Notes under the pieces: generated by a model
Databases searched by the model: none
What the model was told of the DNA's origin: nothing
Seen by the model: the letters and a program-made list of their open reading frames with translations, nothing else
DNA from: an uncultured bacterium
Lineage (GTDB): Bacteria > Actinomycetota > Thermoleophilia > Solirubrobacterales > 70-9
Reading direction: 5' to 3'
NCBI GenBank assembly: GCA_963803305.1
Contig: CAWDLT010000009.1
Coordinates: 333,347-397,346, forward strand
DNA length: 64,000 nt
In this document: positions 21,791-34,112 of the stretch, one piece after another
Numbering within the stretch: the stretch's first letter is position 1
How the letters are laid out: every line of letters begins with the position of its first letter
Program-made: the position numbers and the translations under genes

Positions 21791-22186
21791 TCACCATACG
21801 TAGGCGACCACCTCGCCTCCCACTCCCTGCCGTCGAGCGTCATGCCCGGTCATCACCCCGGTCGAGGTGCTCAGGATCGCGGTCCCCATGCCGCCCATCA
21901 CGCGGGGGATCTCCCCGTGAGCCGCGTAGCGGCGGCGACCCGGACGCGAGATCCGCTCCAGGCCACTGATCACCGATCGGCGGCCGTCGGTGTACTTGAG
22001 CTTGATCTGGATCACCTCGCCGACCGCGCCAGGCTCGATCGCGAAGCCGCTGATGTAGCCCTGCTGATCGAGGATGCGGGTGATCTCCTTTTTGAGGCGA
22101 GAGGCGGGGATCTCCACATCGGAGTGCTGCGCGGCGATCGCGTTTCGAACCCGCGTCAGGTAGTCAGAGATTGGATCGGTGAGCAT
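21791..22186 (-). CDS. rpsH: 30S ribosomal protein S8
   Basis: Starts [16 protein letters not shown]. The ATG at 22186 lies 6 nt after GGTGAT, whereas the TTG at 22192 used by the ORF track has no spacing to the SD. Confidence 0.9.
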   Translation of the reverse strand: MLTDPISDYLTRVRNAIAAQHSDVEIPASRLKKEITRILDQQGYISGFAIEPGAVGEVIQIKLKYTDGRRSVISGLERISRPGRRRYAAHGEIPRVMGGMGTAILSTSTGVMTGHDARRQGVGGEVVAYVW

Positions 22187-22192
22187 CGTCAA

Positions 22193-22369
22193 ATCACCAA
22201 CTGCACATGCTGGTCGCGGCGCCGTTGCGTACGCACATCGCCTCTTTCATAGTCTCTGGTTTCGGCACCGCGCAACATCTCCAGCTACACATGCTGCTCG
22301 CGGCGCCGTTGCGTACGCATGTCGCCTCTATCGTGGTTTCTGGTTGCGGCACCGCGCATCAATCCTTGT
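22193..22369 (-). repeat. Family-B intergenic hairpin element, two tandem copies (rpsN-rpsH spacer)
   Basis: Each of 22193-22280 and 22281-22369 contains cacatgctg(g/c)tcgcggcgccgttgcgtacgca...ggtt(t/g)cggcaccgcgca. Confidence 0.75.
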
Positions 22370-22555
22370 TTACCAGCTCGACTTGGTCATTCCGGGGATG
22401 TAGCCCTTGTGGGCCAGCTCGCGCAGGCACAGCCGGCAGAGGCCGAACTTTCGGTAGTAGGCGCGAGGCCGCCCGCAGCGACGGCAGCGGTTGTACCCGC
22501 GGCTCCGGTACTTCGGCTTTCGCCGCTGTCGAACTACTTGTGAAGTCTTCGCCAT
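22370..22555 (-). CDS. rpsN: 30S ribosomal protein S14, type Z (zinc-binding)
   Basis: 61 aa with [20 protein letters not shown]. Confidence 0.95.
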   Translation of the reverse strand: MAKTSQVVRQRRKPKYRSRGYNRCRRCGRPRAYYRKFGLCRLCLRELAHKGYIPGMTKSSW

Positions 22556-22598
22556 GTAGGTCCTCGGTCCCAGTCCTCGATCGGGTGCGGGGACGGGG

Positions 22599-23411
22599 TC
22601 ATCCTTCCTCTTCGGTTGCTTGGTCGTCCTCGGCTTCGTCGGACGCCTCGGCGCCCTCGTCGCCCTCGGCGCCCTCGCCCTCCTCGTCGGGCCGCACGGG
22701 CTTGGCGTAGGCGTCCGGGTTCTCCTCCTTGAGCTGCTCGAGCGCCGCGGCCTCGGCCTCAGCCCGCTGCCGAGCCTCCTCGCGCCGGCGCTCCTCCTCC
22801 TCCGTCTCGTGATCGACCTGCCCCGGCCGGCCCTCCTGTGAGAACGGGAAGCCGAGCCCGAGCAGCAGCTCGAAGGCCTCGGGGTCGGTCGCTGCGCTGG
22901 TCGTGATCGTGACGTTCAGCCCGCGGACCTCGTCGATCGAGTCGTAGTCGATCTCGGGAAAGATGAGCTGCTCGCGGATCCCGAGCGAGTAGTTCCCGCG
23001 CCCGTCGAACGAGCGGGGATTGAGCCCTCGGAAGTCGCGGATGCGCGGAATCGCAATGGAGATCAGCCGGTCGACGAACTCCCACATCCGGGCGCCGCGC
23101 AGGGTGACCGCGATCCCGACCGGCATTCCCTCGCGCACCTTGAAGTTGGCGATCGACCTACGCGAGCGGCGCACGTTCGGATGCTGCCCCGAGATCACGC
23201 CGAGCTGCTCGGTGGCGGCCTCGAGGACTGAGGTCGTCTGCTTGGCCTCGCCGACCCCCATGTTCAGCGTGACCTTCTCGAGCCGCGGAACCTGCATCGG
23301 GTTGCCGTAGCCGAACCGGCTGGTGAGCTTGCCGACGACCTCGTCGCGGTAGCGATCCTTGAGCCGGGGCGGCGGAGCGGCACGCTGCGCATCTGTGGCG
23401 GTGGCTTCCAT
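22599..23411 (-). CDS. rplE: 50S ribosomal protein L5 with a ~85-aa acidic C-terminal extension
   Basis: An L5 core followed by ...[33 protein letters not shown]...[27 protein letters not shown]. Confidence 0.9.
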   Translation of the reverse strand: MEATATDAQRAAPPPRLKDRYRDEVVGKLTSRFGYGNPMQVPRLEKVTLNMGVGEAKQTTSVLEAATEQLGVISGQHPNVRRSRRSIANFKVREGMPVGIAVTLRGARMWEFVDRLISIAIPRIRDFRGLNPRSFDGRGNYSLGIREQLIFPEIDYDSIDEVRGLNVTITTSAATDPEAFELLLGLGFPFSQEGRPGQVDHETEEEERRREEARQRAEAEAAALEQLKEENPDAYAKPVRPDEEGEGAEGDEGAEASDEAEDDQATEEEG

Positions 23412-23416
23412 CGACC

Positions 23417-23755
23417 TCAGTCGATCGCGTTTCCGGTCCGCTTCGCGTAGCGCTCGCGCTTGCCCTCGGCGATCCGCACCCCGACCCGCGTTGGCTTGTT
23501 GTCGGTCGGGTCGAGCACCATCACCTTGGAGACGTGGATCGGTCCCTCCTTCTCGATGATTCCGCCCGCCTCAGCGCCCTTCTGGGTGTCCTTGACCGAG
23601 CGCGGGCGCTGGTGTCGCTTGATGATGTTGAGGCCCTCGACATAGACGCGCCGCTTCGCGGGCTCGGTGCGAAGCACCCGCCCGGTCTTGCCGCGGTCCT
23701 TGCCGCCGGTGACGATCACCGTGTCGTCCTTTCGGACCCTCATCGCCCTCGGCAC
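23417..23755 (-). CDS. rplX: 50S ribosomal protein L24
   Basis: A KOW motif ([22 protein letters not shown]). Confidence 0.95.
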   Translation of the reverse strand: MPRAMRVRKDDTVIVTGGKDRGKTGRVLRTEPAKRRVYVEGLNIIKRHQRPRSVKDTQKGAEAGGIIEKEGPIHVSKVMVLDPTDNKPTRVGVRIAEGKRERYAKRTGNAID

Positions 23756-23757
23756 GC

Positions 23758-24126
23758 CTACAACACCTCCGGGGCCAGGGAGACGATCTTCATGAAGTTG
23801 CGATCTCGAAGCTCGCGCGCGACCGGGCCGAAGATCCGGGTGCCGCGCGGGTTGAGCTGGGGATCGATCAGGACCGCCGCGTTCTCGTCGAAGGCGATGT
23901 AGGTGCCGTCGGGGCGCCCGAGCTGCTTCTTGGTCCGAACGACCACGGCCTGGACGACCTCGCCCTTTCGCACCCCGGCGTGCGGCGTCGCCTGCTTGAC
24001 GGTCGCGGTGATCACGTCGCCGACGCTCGCGTAGCGGCGGTGGTGGCCGCCCTTGACCCGGATGCAGAGGATCTCGCGGGCCCCTGAGTTGTCGGCCACC
24101 CTGAGCCTGGTCTCCTGCTGGATCAT
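23758..24126 (-). CDS. rplN: 50S ribosomal protein L14
   Basis: Starts [24 protein letters not shown]. The ATG at 24126 overlaps the rpsQ stop (ATGA). Confidence 0.95.
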   Translation of the reverse strand: MIQQETRLRVADNSGAREILCIRVKGGHHRRYASVGDVITATVKQATPHAGVRKGEVVQAVVVRTKKQLGRPDGTYIAFDENAAVLIDPQLNPRGTRIFGPVARELRDRNFMKIVSLAPEVL

Positions 24127-24911
24127 CGGGGCGCTCGCTCCAGGATCTCGACCAGCCGCCAGCGCTTGGTGCGCGAGATCGGCCGGCACTCGATCACTCG
24201 GACGACATCGCCCTCGCCCGCCTCGTTGCCCTCGTCGTGGGCACGCAGCCGGCTCGTACGTCGGACCACCTTCTCGTAAGTCGGGTGACGCCTGACGATC
24301 GCGATCTCGACCGTGATCGTCTTGTCGCCTCCGGTCGAGACGACGCTGCCCTGCCGGACCTTGCGCGCTCCCGCCTCCCGCTCGGCGGGCGCCGTTCCGG
24401 TACCCGGCTCGCCACGCTTTGAGCGCTTGGCTGCGCGATGGCGCCTGCGGCCCTCGGCCGCCACCCCCCGGCGCTCGATCCGCTCCGCCGCCCGCTCCTC
24501 GGAGGAGCGGGATGGGCGTGCGGGACCGGACGCGCGCGATCGGCGGCGCTTTCGAAGCTCCTTCGGGGAGAGCACAACTCCGCCCGAGGCCTCGCCTTCG
24601 GCTGCGTCTCCGGCGGGTTCGGGCTCCGGCGTGGCGGCAGGCACCTCCGCAGCTTCCGCGACTTCGTCGCTAGCCCCATCGGCTTCACCTGCGGCCGCCT
24701 CTTCCGCGGCGGGCACCTCCGAAGCTACTGCGGCTTCGTCGCTGGCCTCGGCGGGTTCACCTTCGGCCGCCTCGTCTGCGGCGGGCTCCTCGGCCTCTGA
24801 CTCGGAGACGGGGCTGTCCTCCGGGGTCTCGTCGGCCTTCGGGGCGTCCTCCTCGGTGGCCTCTGGCTCCACGGTCTCTTCCTGTCCCTGCTTCTCTTCC
24901 TCAGCCATCAC
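24123..24911 (-). CDS. rpsQ: 30S ribosomal protein S17 with a ~180-aa N-terminal low-complexity extension
   Basis: The C-terminal 80 aa ([31 protein letters not shown]...RWRLVEILE) are S17. The upstream frame is open back to GTG 24911 / ATG 24908, which overlaps the rpmC stop (TGATG). Confidence 0.85.
   Translation of the reverse strand: MMAEEEKQGQEETVEPEATEEDAPKADETPEDSPVSESEAEEPAADEAAEGEPAEASDEAAVASEVPAAEEAAAGEADGASDEVAEAAEVPAATPEPEPAGDAAEGEASGGVVLSPKELRKRRRSRASGPARPSRSSEERAAERIERRGVAAEGRRRHRAAKRSKRGEPGTGTAPAEREAGARKVRQGSVVSTGGDKTITVEIAIVRRHPTYEKVVRRTSRLRAHDEGNEAGEGDVVRVIECRPISRTKRWRLVEILERAPR
24578..24677 (-). repeat. Family-D ~100-nt repeat, copy inside the rpsQ N-terminal extension
   Basis: It has the same 60-nt core and encodes [23 protein letters not shown]. 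Flanking sequence to ~24800 holds further partial D-like units. Confidence 0.85.
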
Positions 24912-25117
24912 CGCAGCTCCTTCTGGAGGTCGATTCCGCGCTGGCGCGCCACCGTGAGAAGGCGCGCGACGTCGCGCCGGGCGTCGCCCAGCGCGGCGCT
25001 GTTCTCGAGCTCGCCGGTGGCGTTTCTGAAGCGGAGGTTGAATGCCTCCTCGCGGGCCACCTTGAGGCGCTCGACCAGGTCGTGGTCATCGAGCGCGTGG
25101 ACTTCGGTGCCCTTCAC
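24908..25117 (-). CDS. rpmC: 50S ribosomal protein L29
   Basis: (M)[38 protein letters not shown]. The GTG at 25117 overlaps the rplP stop (GTGA). Confidence 0.85.
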   Translation of the reverse strand: MKGTEVHALDDHDLVERLKVAREEAFNLRFRNATGELENSAALGDARRDVARLLTVARQRGIDLQKELR

Positions 25118-25533
25118 TCCGAGACCCCCTCGCGGCTGACGAACTTCGTCTTGATCGGAAGCTTGTGCCCTGCCAGCCGAATCGCCTCGCGCGCCAGGTC
25201 TTCGGGGACCCCGGCCAGCTCGAACATCACCCGGCCCGGCTTGATCACCGCGACCCAGCCCTCCGGGTTGCCCTTGCCGGAGCCCATCCGGGTCTCGGCG
25301 GGCTTCTTGGTGAACGGCTTGTCCGGGAAGACGTTGATCCACACCTTGCCGCCTCGCTTGATCTTTCGGGTCATCGCGACCCGGGCCGCCTCGATCTGGC
25401 GGTTGGTGATCCAGCCGCGCTCGAGCGCCTTGAGGCCGTACTCGCCGAAAGCGACCTGGTGACCGCCCTTGGAGTTGCCGCGCATCCGGCCTCGCTGGAC
25501 CTTGCGATGCTTGACCCGCTTCGGCATCAGCAT
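25114..25533 (-). CDS. rplP: 50S ribosomal protein L16
   Basis: Starts [19 protein letters not shown]. Confidence 0.95.
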   Translation of the reverse strand: MLMPKRVKHRKVQRGRMRGNSKGGHQVAFGEYGLKALERGWITNRQIEAARVAMTRKIKRGGKVWINVFPDKPFTKKPAETRMGSGKGNPEGWVAVIKPGRVMFELAGVPEDLAREAIRLAGHKLPIKTKFVSREGVSE

Positions 25534-26531
25534 CAGGTGGCCCCCTCCTCGGACGGAGCCGCGGCCCCGGGGACGGGGGTGGCATCGGGCGTCGGCTTCG
25601 GGGGCTCGGCGGGCTCCGTGGCGGCCGGCTCCTGCGGGACCGACTCCGGGCCCGGCGGCGGGGACGACTCCGGCGCCGCGGACTTGCCCTCCGCGCCTGC
25701 CGGTGCGGCTGCCGGGGGCGGTGCAGGCGACGTCGCGGGGGCCGCCGGGGGCTTCGCGGCGGGCGGCGACGCGCTCGCCCTTCCCGGGCCCTGGGCTGAC
25801 GGGCGCTTGTCGCGATCAGAGGCGGTGCGGGCGCCCGGTCGGCCCCGAGGCGTGCGACGGGCGATCCCGTCCGCCTCCTCGTCGGGCTGGCCGGTGCGGT
25901 AGCCCTCGGGCATCACCTCGCCCTTGTTGATCCAGCACTTGACGCCGATCCGCCCCGTCGTCGTCTTGGCCTCGACGAACCCGTAATCGATGTCGGCGCG
26001 GAGCGTGTGCAACGGGACGCGGCCGTCCGAATAACCCTCGGTGCGAGCCATCTCCGCCCCGCCCAGTCTGCCGGACACCTGGACCTTGACCCCCTTTGCG
26101 CCGGAGCGCATGGCGGAGGTCAGGGCCCGCTTCATGGCTCGGCGGAACGCGACCCGGTTCTGGAGCTGCTCGGCGATCGACTGCGCGACGAGCTTGGCGT
26201 CGAGCTCGGGGCGCTTGATCTCGCGGATGTTCACCTTCACGGGCTTGTCGGTCAGCTTGTGGAGGTCGCGCCGAAGGGCGTCCACCTCCGAGCCGGACTT
26301 GCCGATCACGATTCCGGGCCGCGCCGTGTGGATGTCGACGGTGACCTCGCCGCGCTGCTTGACGATCTGGATGTCGGAGAGGCCCGCATGGGCGAGCTTG
26401 CCCTGAATGTGGTCGCGGATCGCGATGTCCTCGAACAAGTAGTCGGCGAACTCGCGCTCGTTGAACCAGTTCGACTTCCAGTCGTGGATATAGCCGACTC
26501 GGAATCCCTCCGGATGGATCTTCTGTCCCAT
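25533..26531 (-). CDS. rpsC: 30S ribosomal protein S3 with a ~115-aa Pro/Ala-rich C-terminal extension
   Basis: The KH domain starts [23 protein letters not shown]. The tail is ...[30 protein letters not shown]...[24 protein letters not shown]. Confidence 0.9.
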   Translation of the reverse strand: MGQKIHPEGFRVGYIHDWKSNWFNEREFADYLFEDIAIRDHIQGKLAHAGLSDIQIVKQRGEVTVDIHTARPGIVIGKSGSEVDALRRDLHKLTDKPVKVNIREIKRPELDAKLVAQSIAEQLQNRVAFRRAMKRALTSAMRSGAKGVKVQVSGRLGGAEMARTEGYSDGRVPLHTLRADIDYGFVEAKTTTGRIGVKCWINKGEVMPEGYRTGQPDEEADGIARRTPRGRPGARTASDRDKRPSAQGPGRASASPPAAKPPAAPATSPAPPPAAAPAGAEGKSAAPESSPPPGPESVPQEPAATEPAEPPKPTPDATPVPGAAAPSEEGAT

Positions 26532-26700
26532 CGCTAGCGGTACCTCCTTCTGCGGCAGTGCGACTCAGCCGGCGAAAACCGAGCCGGCCAAGGACGCAGC
26601 CACGTTGGCGTGCTTGAAGAGCACGCGAGGGCGCGAGGACGCCGGCCGGCAACGGTTTGCGGCCAGGTGAGGCGTGCTGTCGTGGGAGGAGTCACCGCTT
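26532..26700 (-). repeat. Family-A ~165-nt structured spacer (rplV-rpsC)
   Basis: About 90 percent identical by eye over its whole length to 29856-30021. It contains the gcgtgct-tgaag-agcacgc hairpin and the motifs aaggacgcagc, gaggacgccggccggcaacggtttgc and gtcgtgggaggagtcaccgc. Confidence 0.8.
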
Positions 26701-27072
26701 CTAGTCCTCGGTAGGCGTCAGGGCGACGCTGACGTGGGTGGTTCGCTTGTCGATCCGGGTCGCTCGCCCGCGAGCGCGGGCCCGCCAGCGCTTCAGGGTG
26801 GGGCCCTCGTCGACGCTGATCTCCGCAACCTGGAGCTCGTCGGCCACCAGCTCGTGGTTGGCCTCGGCGTTGGCGGCGGCCGAAGCGAGCAGCTTGCCGA
26901 TGTCTCGTGCGGCGCCGCGAGACGAGAAGTCGAGCAAGGTACGAGCTTCGGGCACCGGGAGGCCCCGCACCTGGTCGGCGACCAGGCGCGCCTTGCGCGG
27001 AGCGATCCGCGCGTAGCGGGCGCTCGCCCTCACGACGGGCGCCTTTGGTTCGCTGTCGGACTTGCCCGCCAC
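26701..27072 (-). CDS. rplV: 50S ribosomal protein L22
   Basis: Contains ARYARIAPRKARLVADQVRG. Confidence 0.95.
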   Translation of the reverse strand: MAGKSDSEPKAPVVRASARYARIAPRKARLVADQVRGLPVPEARTLLDFSSRGAARDIGKLLASAAANAEANHELVADELQVAEISVDEGPTLKRWRARARGRATRIDKRTTHVSVALTPTED

Positions 27073-27075
27073 CGT

Positions 27076-27348
27076 CTAGCGCTCCGACTTCGTTCCGGAG
27101 TGGGCCCTGAAGGTTCGCGTCGGGGCGAACTCGCCGAGCTTGTGGCCCACCATCGACTCCGAGATGAACACCGGCACGTGCTTTCGCCCGTCGTGGACGG
27201 CGATCGTGTGGCCGACCATCTCCGGGAAGACGGTCGACTTTCGAGACCAGGTCTTGATCATCTGCTTGTCGCCGCTCTCGTTCATCTTCTCGATCCGTGA
27301 CAGGAGCCGGTCCTCGACGAACGGGCCCTTCTTCGTTGAGCGTCCCAT
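27076..27348 (-). CDS. rpsS: 30S ribosomal protein S19
   Basis: Starts [16 protein letters not shown] and contains [11 protein letters not shown]. Confidence 0.95.
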   Translation of the reverse strand: MGRSTKKGPFVEDRLLSRIEKMNESGDKQMIKTWSRKSTVFPEMVGHTIAVHDGRKHVPVFISESMVGHKLGEFAPTRTFRAHSGTKSER

Positions 27349-27406
27349 CAGCCGCGGTGCCTCCTTGTGCGGCTGAGGCGCACGGTCGTGTAAGGAGTCA
27401 CCGCGG
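27349..27406 (-). repeat. Short family-A-type spacer (rplB-rpsS) lacking the ~108-nt internal block
   Basis: ggtgcctccttgtgcggc joined directly to tgaggcgcacggtcgtgtaaggagtcaccgc matches the two ends of 26532-26700. Confidence 0.6.
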
Positions 27407-28249
27407 TCACCTCTTCTTCTTTCCGCGTCGGCGCCCGCGGACGATCAGCGCGTCGGATCGCTTGCCCTTCTTGCGGGTCCGGTAGCCGAGCGTCGGCTTG
27501 CCCCAAGGCGTCTCCGGATGGCCTCCCGGCGTGTGATGCGCCTCGCCGCCGCCGTGCGGATGGTCGACCGGGTTCATCGCCACGCCACGGCTCTGGGGGC
27601 GGCGCCCCTTGTGGCGCGCCCGCCCGGCCTTGCCGAGCTTCACGTTCTGGTGCTCGGCGTTCGACAGGGTGCCGACGGTGGCGCGACACTCGGCCCGGAC
27701 CATCCGGGTCTCGGACGAGGGAAGCCTCAGGGTGACCATCGGTCCCTCCTTGGCCGCGACCTGGATCCCGGCGCCCGCCGCCCTGCCCAGCCGGCCGCCC
27801 TGGCCGGGCGTCAGCTCGACGTTATGGACCATCGTCCCGGTCGGGATCGAGCGAAGCGGCAGTGCGTTGCCCGGGCGGATGTCGACGCGCTCGCCGGACT
27901 CGACCTGCTCGCCCGGGCGCATGCCCTGGGGCGCCAGGATGTAGCTCTTGCGGCCGTCCGCGTAGTGGAGGAGCGCGATGTAGCAGGTGCGGTTCGGGTC
28001 GTACTCGATCGCGGCGACCTTGGCGGGAACACCGTCCTTGAGACGCTTGAAGTCGATCTGGCGATAGCGGCGCTTGGCGCCGCCGCCCCGGTGCCGCGAG
28101 GTGACCCGGCCGTGCGCGTTTCTCCCGCCGGACTTCGACTTGCCCCAGGTAAGCGCCTTCTCTGCCGGCTTGGCGGTCAGCTCCTCGCGCAGCTGGAAGG
28201 TCGCGAAGCGGCTCCCGGGCGAGGTCGGCTTTGACTTTCGAATCGGCAT
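27407..28249 (-). CDS. rplB: 50S ribosomal protein L2
   Basis: 280 aa, containing [22 protein letters not shown] and [11 protein letters not shown]. Confidence 0.95.
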   Translation of the reverse strand: MPIRKSKPTSPGSRFATFQLREELTAKPAEKALTWGKSKSGGRNAHGRVTSRHRGGGAKRRYRQIDFKRLKDGVPAKVAAIEYDPNRTCYIALLHYADGRKSYILAPQGMRPGEQVESGERVDIRPGNALPLRSIPTGTMVHNVELTPGQGGRLGRAAGAGIQVAAKEGPMVTLRLPSSETRMVRAECRATVGTLSNAEHQNVKLGKAGRARHKGRRPQSRGVAMNPVDHPHGGGEAHHTPGGHPETPWGKPTLGYRTRKKGKRSDALIVRGRRRGKKKR

Positions 28250-28258
28250 CAGCTCGTC

Positions 28259-28552
28259 CTACTCGACCGCCGCGCCCTCGAACAGCTCGATCCGGTCGCC
28301 GGCGGCGAGCTGGACCACCGCCTTCTTCCACGACCGCGTGCGACCGCCGTGGACGCCCCGGCGCTTCGGCTTGGCGCGAACCTTGGATGTCCGCACCGCG
28401 GCGACCCGGACGCCGAAGACCTCCTCGACCGCGCGCGCGATCTGCGTCTTGTGGGCTCGGTCGTTGACCCTGAAGGTGTACTTGCCGTCCGTCATCAGGG
28501 CATAGCTCTTCTCCGAGACGACGGGCTCGATGATCACCTGACGAGCGTCCAT
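28259..28552 (-). CDS. rplW: 50S ribosomal protein L23
   Basis: Starts MDARQVIIEPVVSEKSYALMTDGKYTFRV. The longer ORF to 29053 is read-through over rplD. Confidence 0.9.
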   Translation of the reverse strand: MDARQVIIEPVVSEKSYALMTDGKYTFRVNDRAHKTQIARAVEEVFGVRVAAVRTSKVRAKPKRRGVHGGRTRSWKKAVVQLAAGDRIELFEGAAVE

Positions 28553-28554
28553 CG

Positions 28555-29244
28555 CTACTTCGACTCCTCGCCCGGCTTTGAGCCGGCGGCCGGATCGTCC
28601 GCGGCGCGACCGCGGTTCACCTCGGCGGCCCGGCCCGAGAGGACCTCGATCGCGCTCTGGGAGATCACGAGGGAGGCGTGGCCGATCAGGTCGGCCACCG
28701 TGACCTCGCCCGCCTGCATCACGGTGACCTCGGGAATATTGCGAAAGCTCTTCATCGCGTCGACCTCCTCGGGGTGGAGCACCACCAGGGTCGGCTCGCT
28801 GGCTCCCCACTTCGAGAGCGCTTCGGCCGCCCGCTTGGTCGCGGGCTTGTCGAAGCCCGCCCCGTCGAGCACGGCGAGGCTGTCCCGCGCGGCGTGCACC
28901 GAGAGCGCCGTCCGAAGCGCGCGCCGGCGCGCCTTGCGGTTCACCTTCACCGTGTAGCCGCGAGGCTTCGGTCCGAAGGCCGCGCCGCCGCCTCGGCGGT
29001 GCGGGACGCTCAGGGCGCCCGCCCGCGCCCGCCCGGTGCCCTTCTGGCGCCACGCCTTGGCGGTGGTCATCGCGACCTCGCCGCGCCCCAGCGTGGACGC
29101 GGTGCCGCGGCGGCGAGCCGCGAGGTCGGCGCGTGCCGTCTCGTAGACGAGAGACTCGTGGAACTCCTCCCCGAACACCGCCGAGGGAAGGTCGGCCTTG
29201 CCCTGCTTGCCCAGCATCGGCGCCTTGGTCGCGGCGGCGGCCAT
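28555..29244 (-). CDS. rplD: 50S ribosomal protein L4
   Basis: Contains [22 protein letters not shown], with a short charged C-terminal tail. Confidence 0.95.
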   Translation of the reverse strand: MAAAATKAPMLGKQGKADLPSAVFGEEFHESLVYETARADLAARRRGTASTLGRGEVAMTTAKAWRQKGTGRARAGALSVPHRRGGGAAFGPKPRGYTVKVNRKARRRALRTALSVHAARDSLAVLDGAGFDKPATKRAAEALSKWGASEPTLVVLHPEEVDAMKSFRNIPEVTVMQAGEVTVADLIGHASLVISQSAIEVLSGRAAEVNRGRAADDPAAGSKPGEESK

Positions 29245-29855
29245 CAGTCCGTCCTCACCTCGACCGTGCCGCCCCGCGGCCCCGGAACCGCGCCCCTGAC
29301 CATCAGCAGGTTGCGGCCGGAGTCGATCTCGACCACCTCGAGGCGCCGCTGCGTGATCCGCTTGCCACCCATCCGGCCCGGCATCCGGATTCCCTTGAAC
29401 ACCCGCGCCGGATCGGCGCTGGCGCCGATCGAGCCCGGGGCGCGGACGTTGTGCGAGCCGTGCGAGACCGGGCCACGGGCGAAGTTGTGGCGGCGCACGG
29501 TGCCCTGAAAGCCCTTGCCGATCGCCGTCCCGGACACCTTGACGCGCTGGCCCGGCTCGAACTGCTCGACCGTGAGGAGCTCGCCGACCTCGTGCTCACC
29601 CTGGTCGCGGAACTCGACCAGGGTGCGCGAGGGATCGGCACCGGCCTTCTTCAGGTGCCCGAGCTCGGCCTTGGTCAGCTTTCGCTCCGCGACCCGTTCG
29701 AACGCAAGCTGCACGGCGGCGTAGCCGTCCTTCTCGGAGTCGCGGACGGCGGTCACCGGGCATGGACCTGCCTCGATCACGGTCACGGGGACGCGGGAGC
29801 CGTCGTCGGTGAACAGCTGGGTCATGCCGAGCTTCTTGCCGATCAGCGCGGCCAT
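29244..29855 (-). CDS. rplC: 50S ribosomal protein L3
   Basis: Starts MAALIGKKLGMTQLFTDDGSRVPVTVIEAGPC. The ATG at 29855 follows GGAAGGAGG. Confidence 0.95.
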   Translation of the reverse strand: MAALIGKKLGMTQLFTDDGSRVPVTVIEAGPCPVTAVRDSEKDGYAAVQLAFERVAERKLTKAELGHLKKAGADPSRTLVEFRDQGEHEVGELLTVEQFEPGQRVKVSGTAIGKGFQGTVRRHNFARGPVSHGSHNVRAPGSIGASADPARVFKGIRMPGRMGGKRITQRRLEVVEIDSGRNLLMVRGAVPGPRGGTVEVRTD

Positions 29856-30021
29856 CTCAGCGCTGCCTCCTTCCGCGCCAGTGCGACTCACCCGGCGAAA
29901 AACCGAGCCGGCCAAGGACGCAGCGACGGTGGCGTGCTCGAAGAGCACGCGAGGGCGCGAGGACGCCGGCCGGCAACGGTTTGCAGCCGGGTGAGACGTG
30001 CTGTCGTGGGAGGAGTCACCG
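29856..30021 (-). repeat. Family-A ~165-nt structured spacer (rpsJ-rplC)
   Basis: A near-duplicate of 26532-26700, including the SD-proximal and stop-proximal ends. Confidence 0.8.
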
Positions 30022-30342
30022 CTAAGTCTTGATCTCGATGTCGACCCCGGCGGGCAAAGCGTCCAGACGCTGAAGGGAGTCGATCGTCTTCGGGGTCGGC
30101 TGGTGGATGTCGATCAGCCGCTTGTGCGTTCGGATCTCGAAGTGCTCGCGCGAGTCCTTGTCCTTGAACGGGGAGCGGATCACGCAGTAGACGTTCTTGT
30201 CGGTGGGCAGCGGCACCGGGCCGGCCACACGGGCGCCGGTTCGCTGGGCCGTCTCGACGATCTCGCGGGCAGCCCTGTCTATGGCGTCGTGGTCGTACGC
30301 CTTGAGGCGGATCCGGATCTTGTTTGCGGTGATCGTTGACAT
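30022..30342 (-). CDS. rpsJ: 30S ribosomal protein S10
   Basis: Contains [25 protein letters not shown]. Confidence 0.95.
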   Translation of the reverse strand: MSTITANKIRIRLKAYDHDAIDRAAREIVETAQRTGARVAGPVPLPTDKNVYCVIRSPFKDKDSREHFEIRTHKRLIDIHQPTPKTIDSLQRLDALPAGVDIEIKT

Positions 30343-30442
30343 CGGGTCCTATCGCGCAGATGGGGCGTCGCCCCTGTCGTGGGGCGCCGCCCCGGTCGTA
30401 TGTCCTTCCACTTTTCCCCCGCGGGGTGAGCCGCGGGCCTTG

Positions 30443-30467
30443 AAAGGGCCGGCGTTGGGGCCGGCCC
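30443..30467 (-). terminator. Hairpin plus short U tract just after tuf (terminator/attenuator ahead of the S10 leader)
   Basis: The minus strand reads GGGCCGGC-cccaac-GCCGGCCC followed by TTTC, 8 nt after the tuf stop. Confidence 0.5.
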
Positions 30468-30474
30468 TGAGCTG

Positions 30475-31662
<1,188 letters not shown>

Positions 31663-31777
31663 CTCGCTCCTTTTATTCCTTTACGTGACGGTTTTCTCGA
31701 AGTCTTTTCGTTCGGTCTGGCGCGTCGCGAAGCGGGCACCGGCTTCTCCGCGGGCGAACCCCGGAAATATAGGCAAC

Positions 31778-33889
<2,112 letters not shown>

Positions 33890-33974
33890 CTTTGCGTGAA
33901 GTGTTGAGGTGCTTTCCGCGATCCGCCACGGAGGCGCCACCGGCAAAGACGACCGAGCGGCTCCGAATCCGCGC

Positions 33975-33996
33975 AAAAAAAAGGCCCGCACGGGCC
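33975..33996 (-). terminator. Canonical-looking intrinsic terminator on the minus strand, ~90 nt upstream of fusA
   Basis: The minus strand reads GGCCCG-tg-CGGGCC followed by T8 (plus-strand A8 at 33975-33982). No minus-strand CDS ends nearby. Confidence 0.55.
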
Positions 33997-34112
33997 CCGT
34001 CGCGAATCTCGGCTCAGCCCAAAACGCCTATATCGTGCGGCTCTCCATGAATGGAATTTACGACTCGTGCGCCGAAGATCGTCGGCGCGCGGGCGACGGC
34101 TGAATATAGCAG

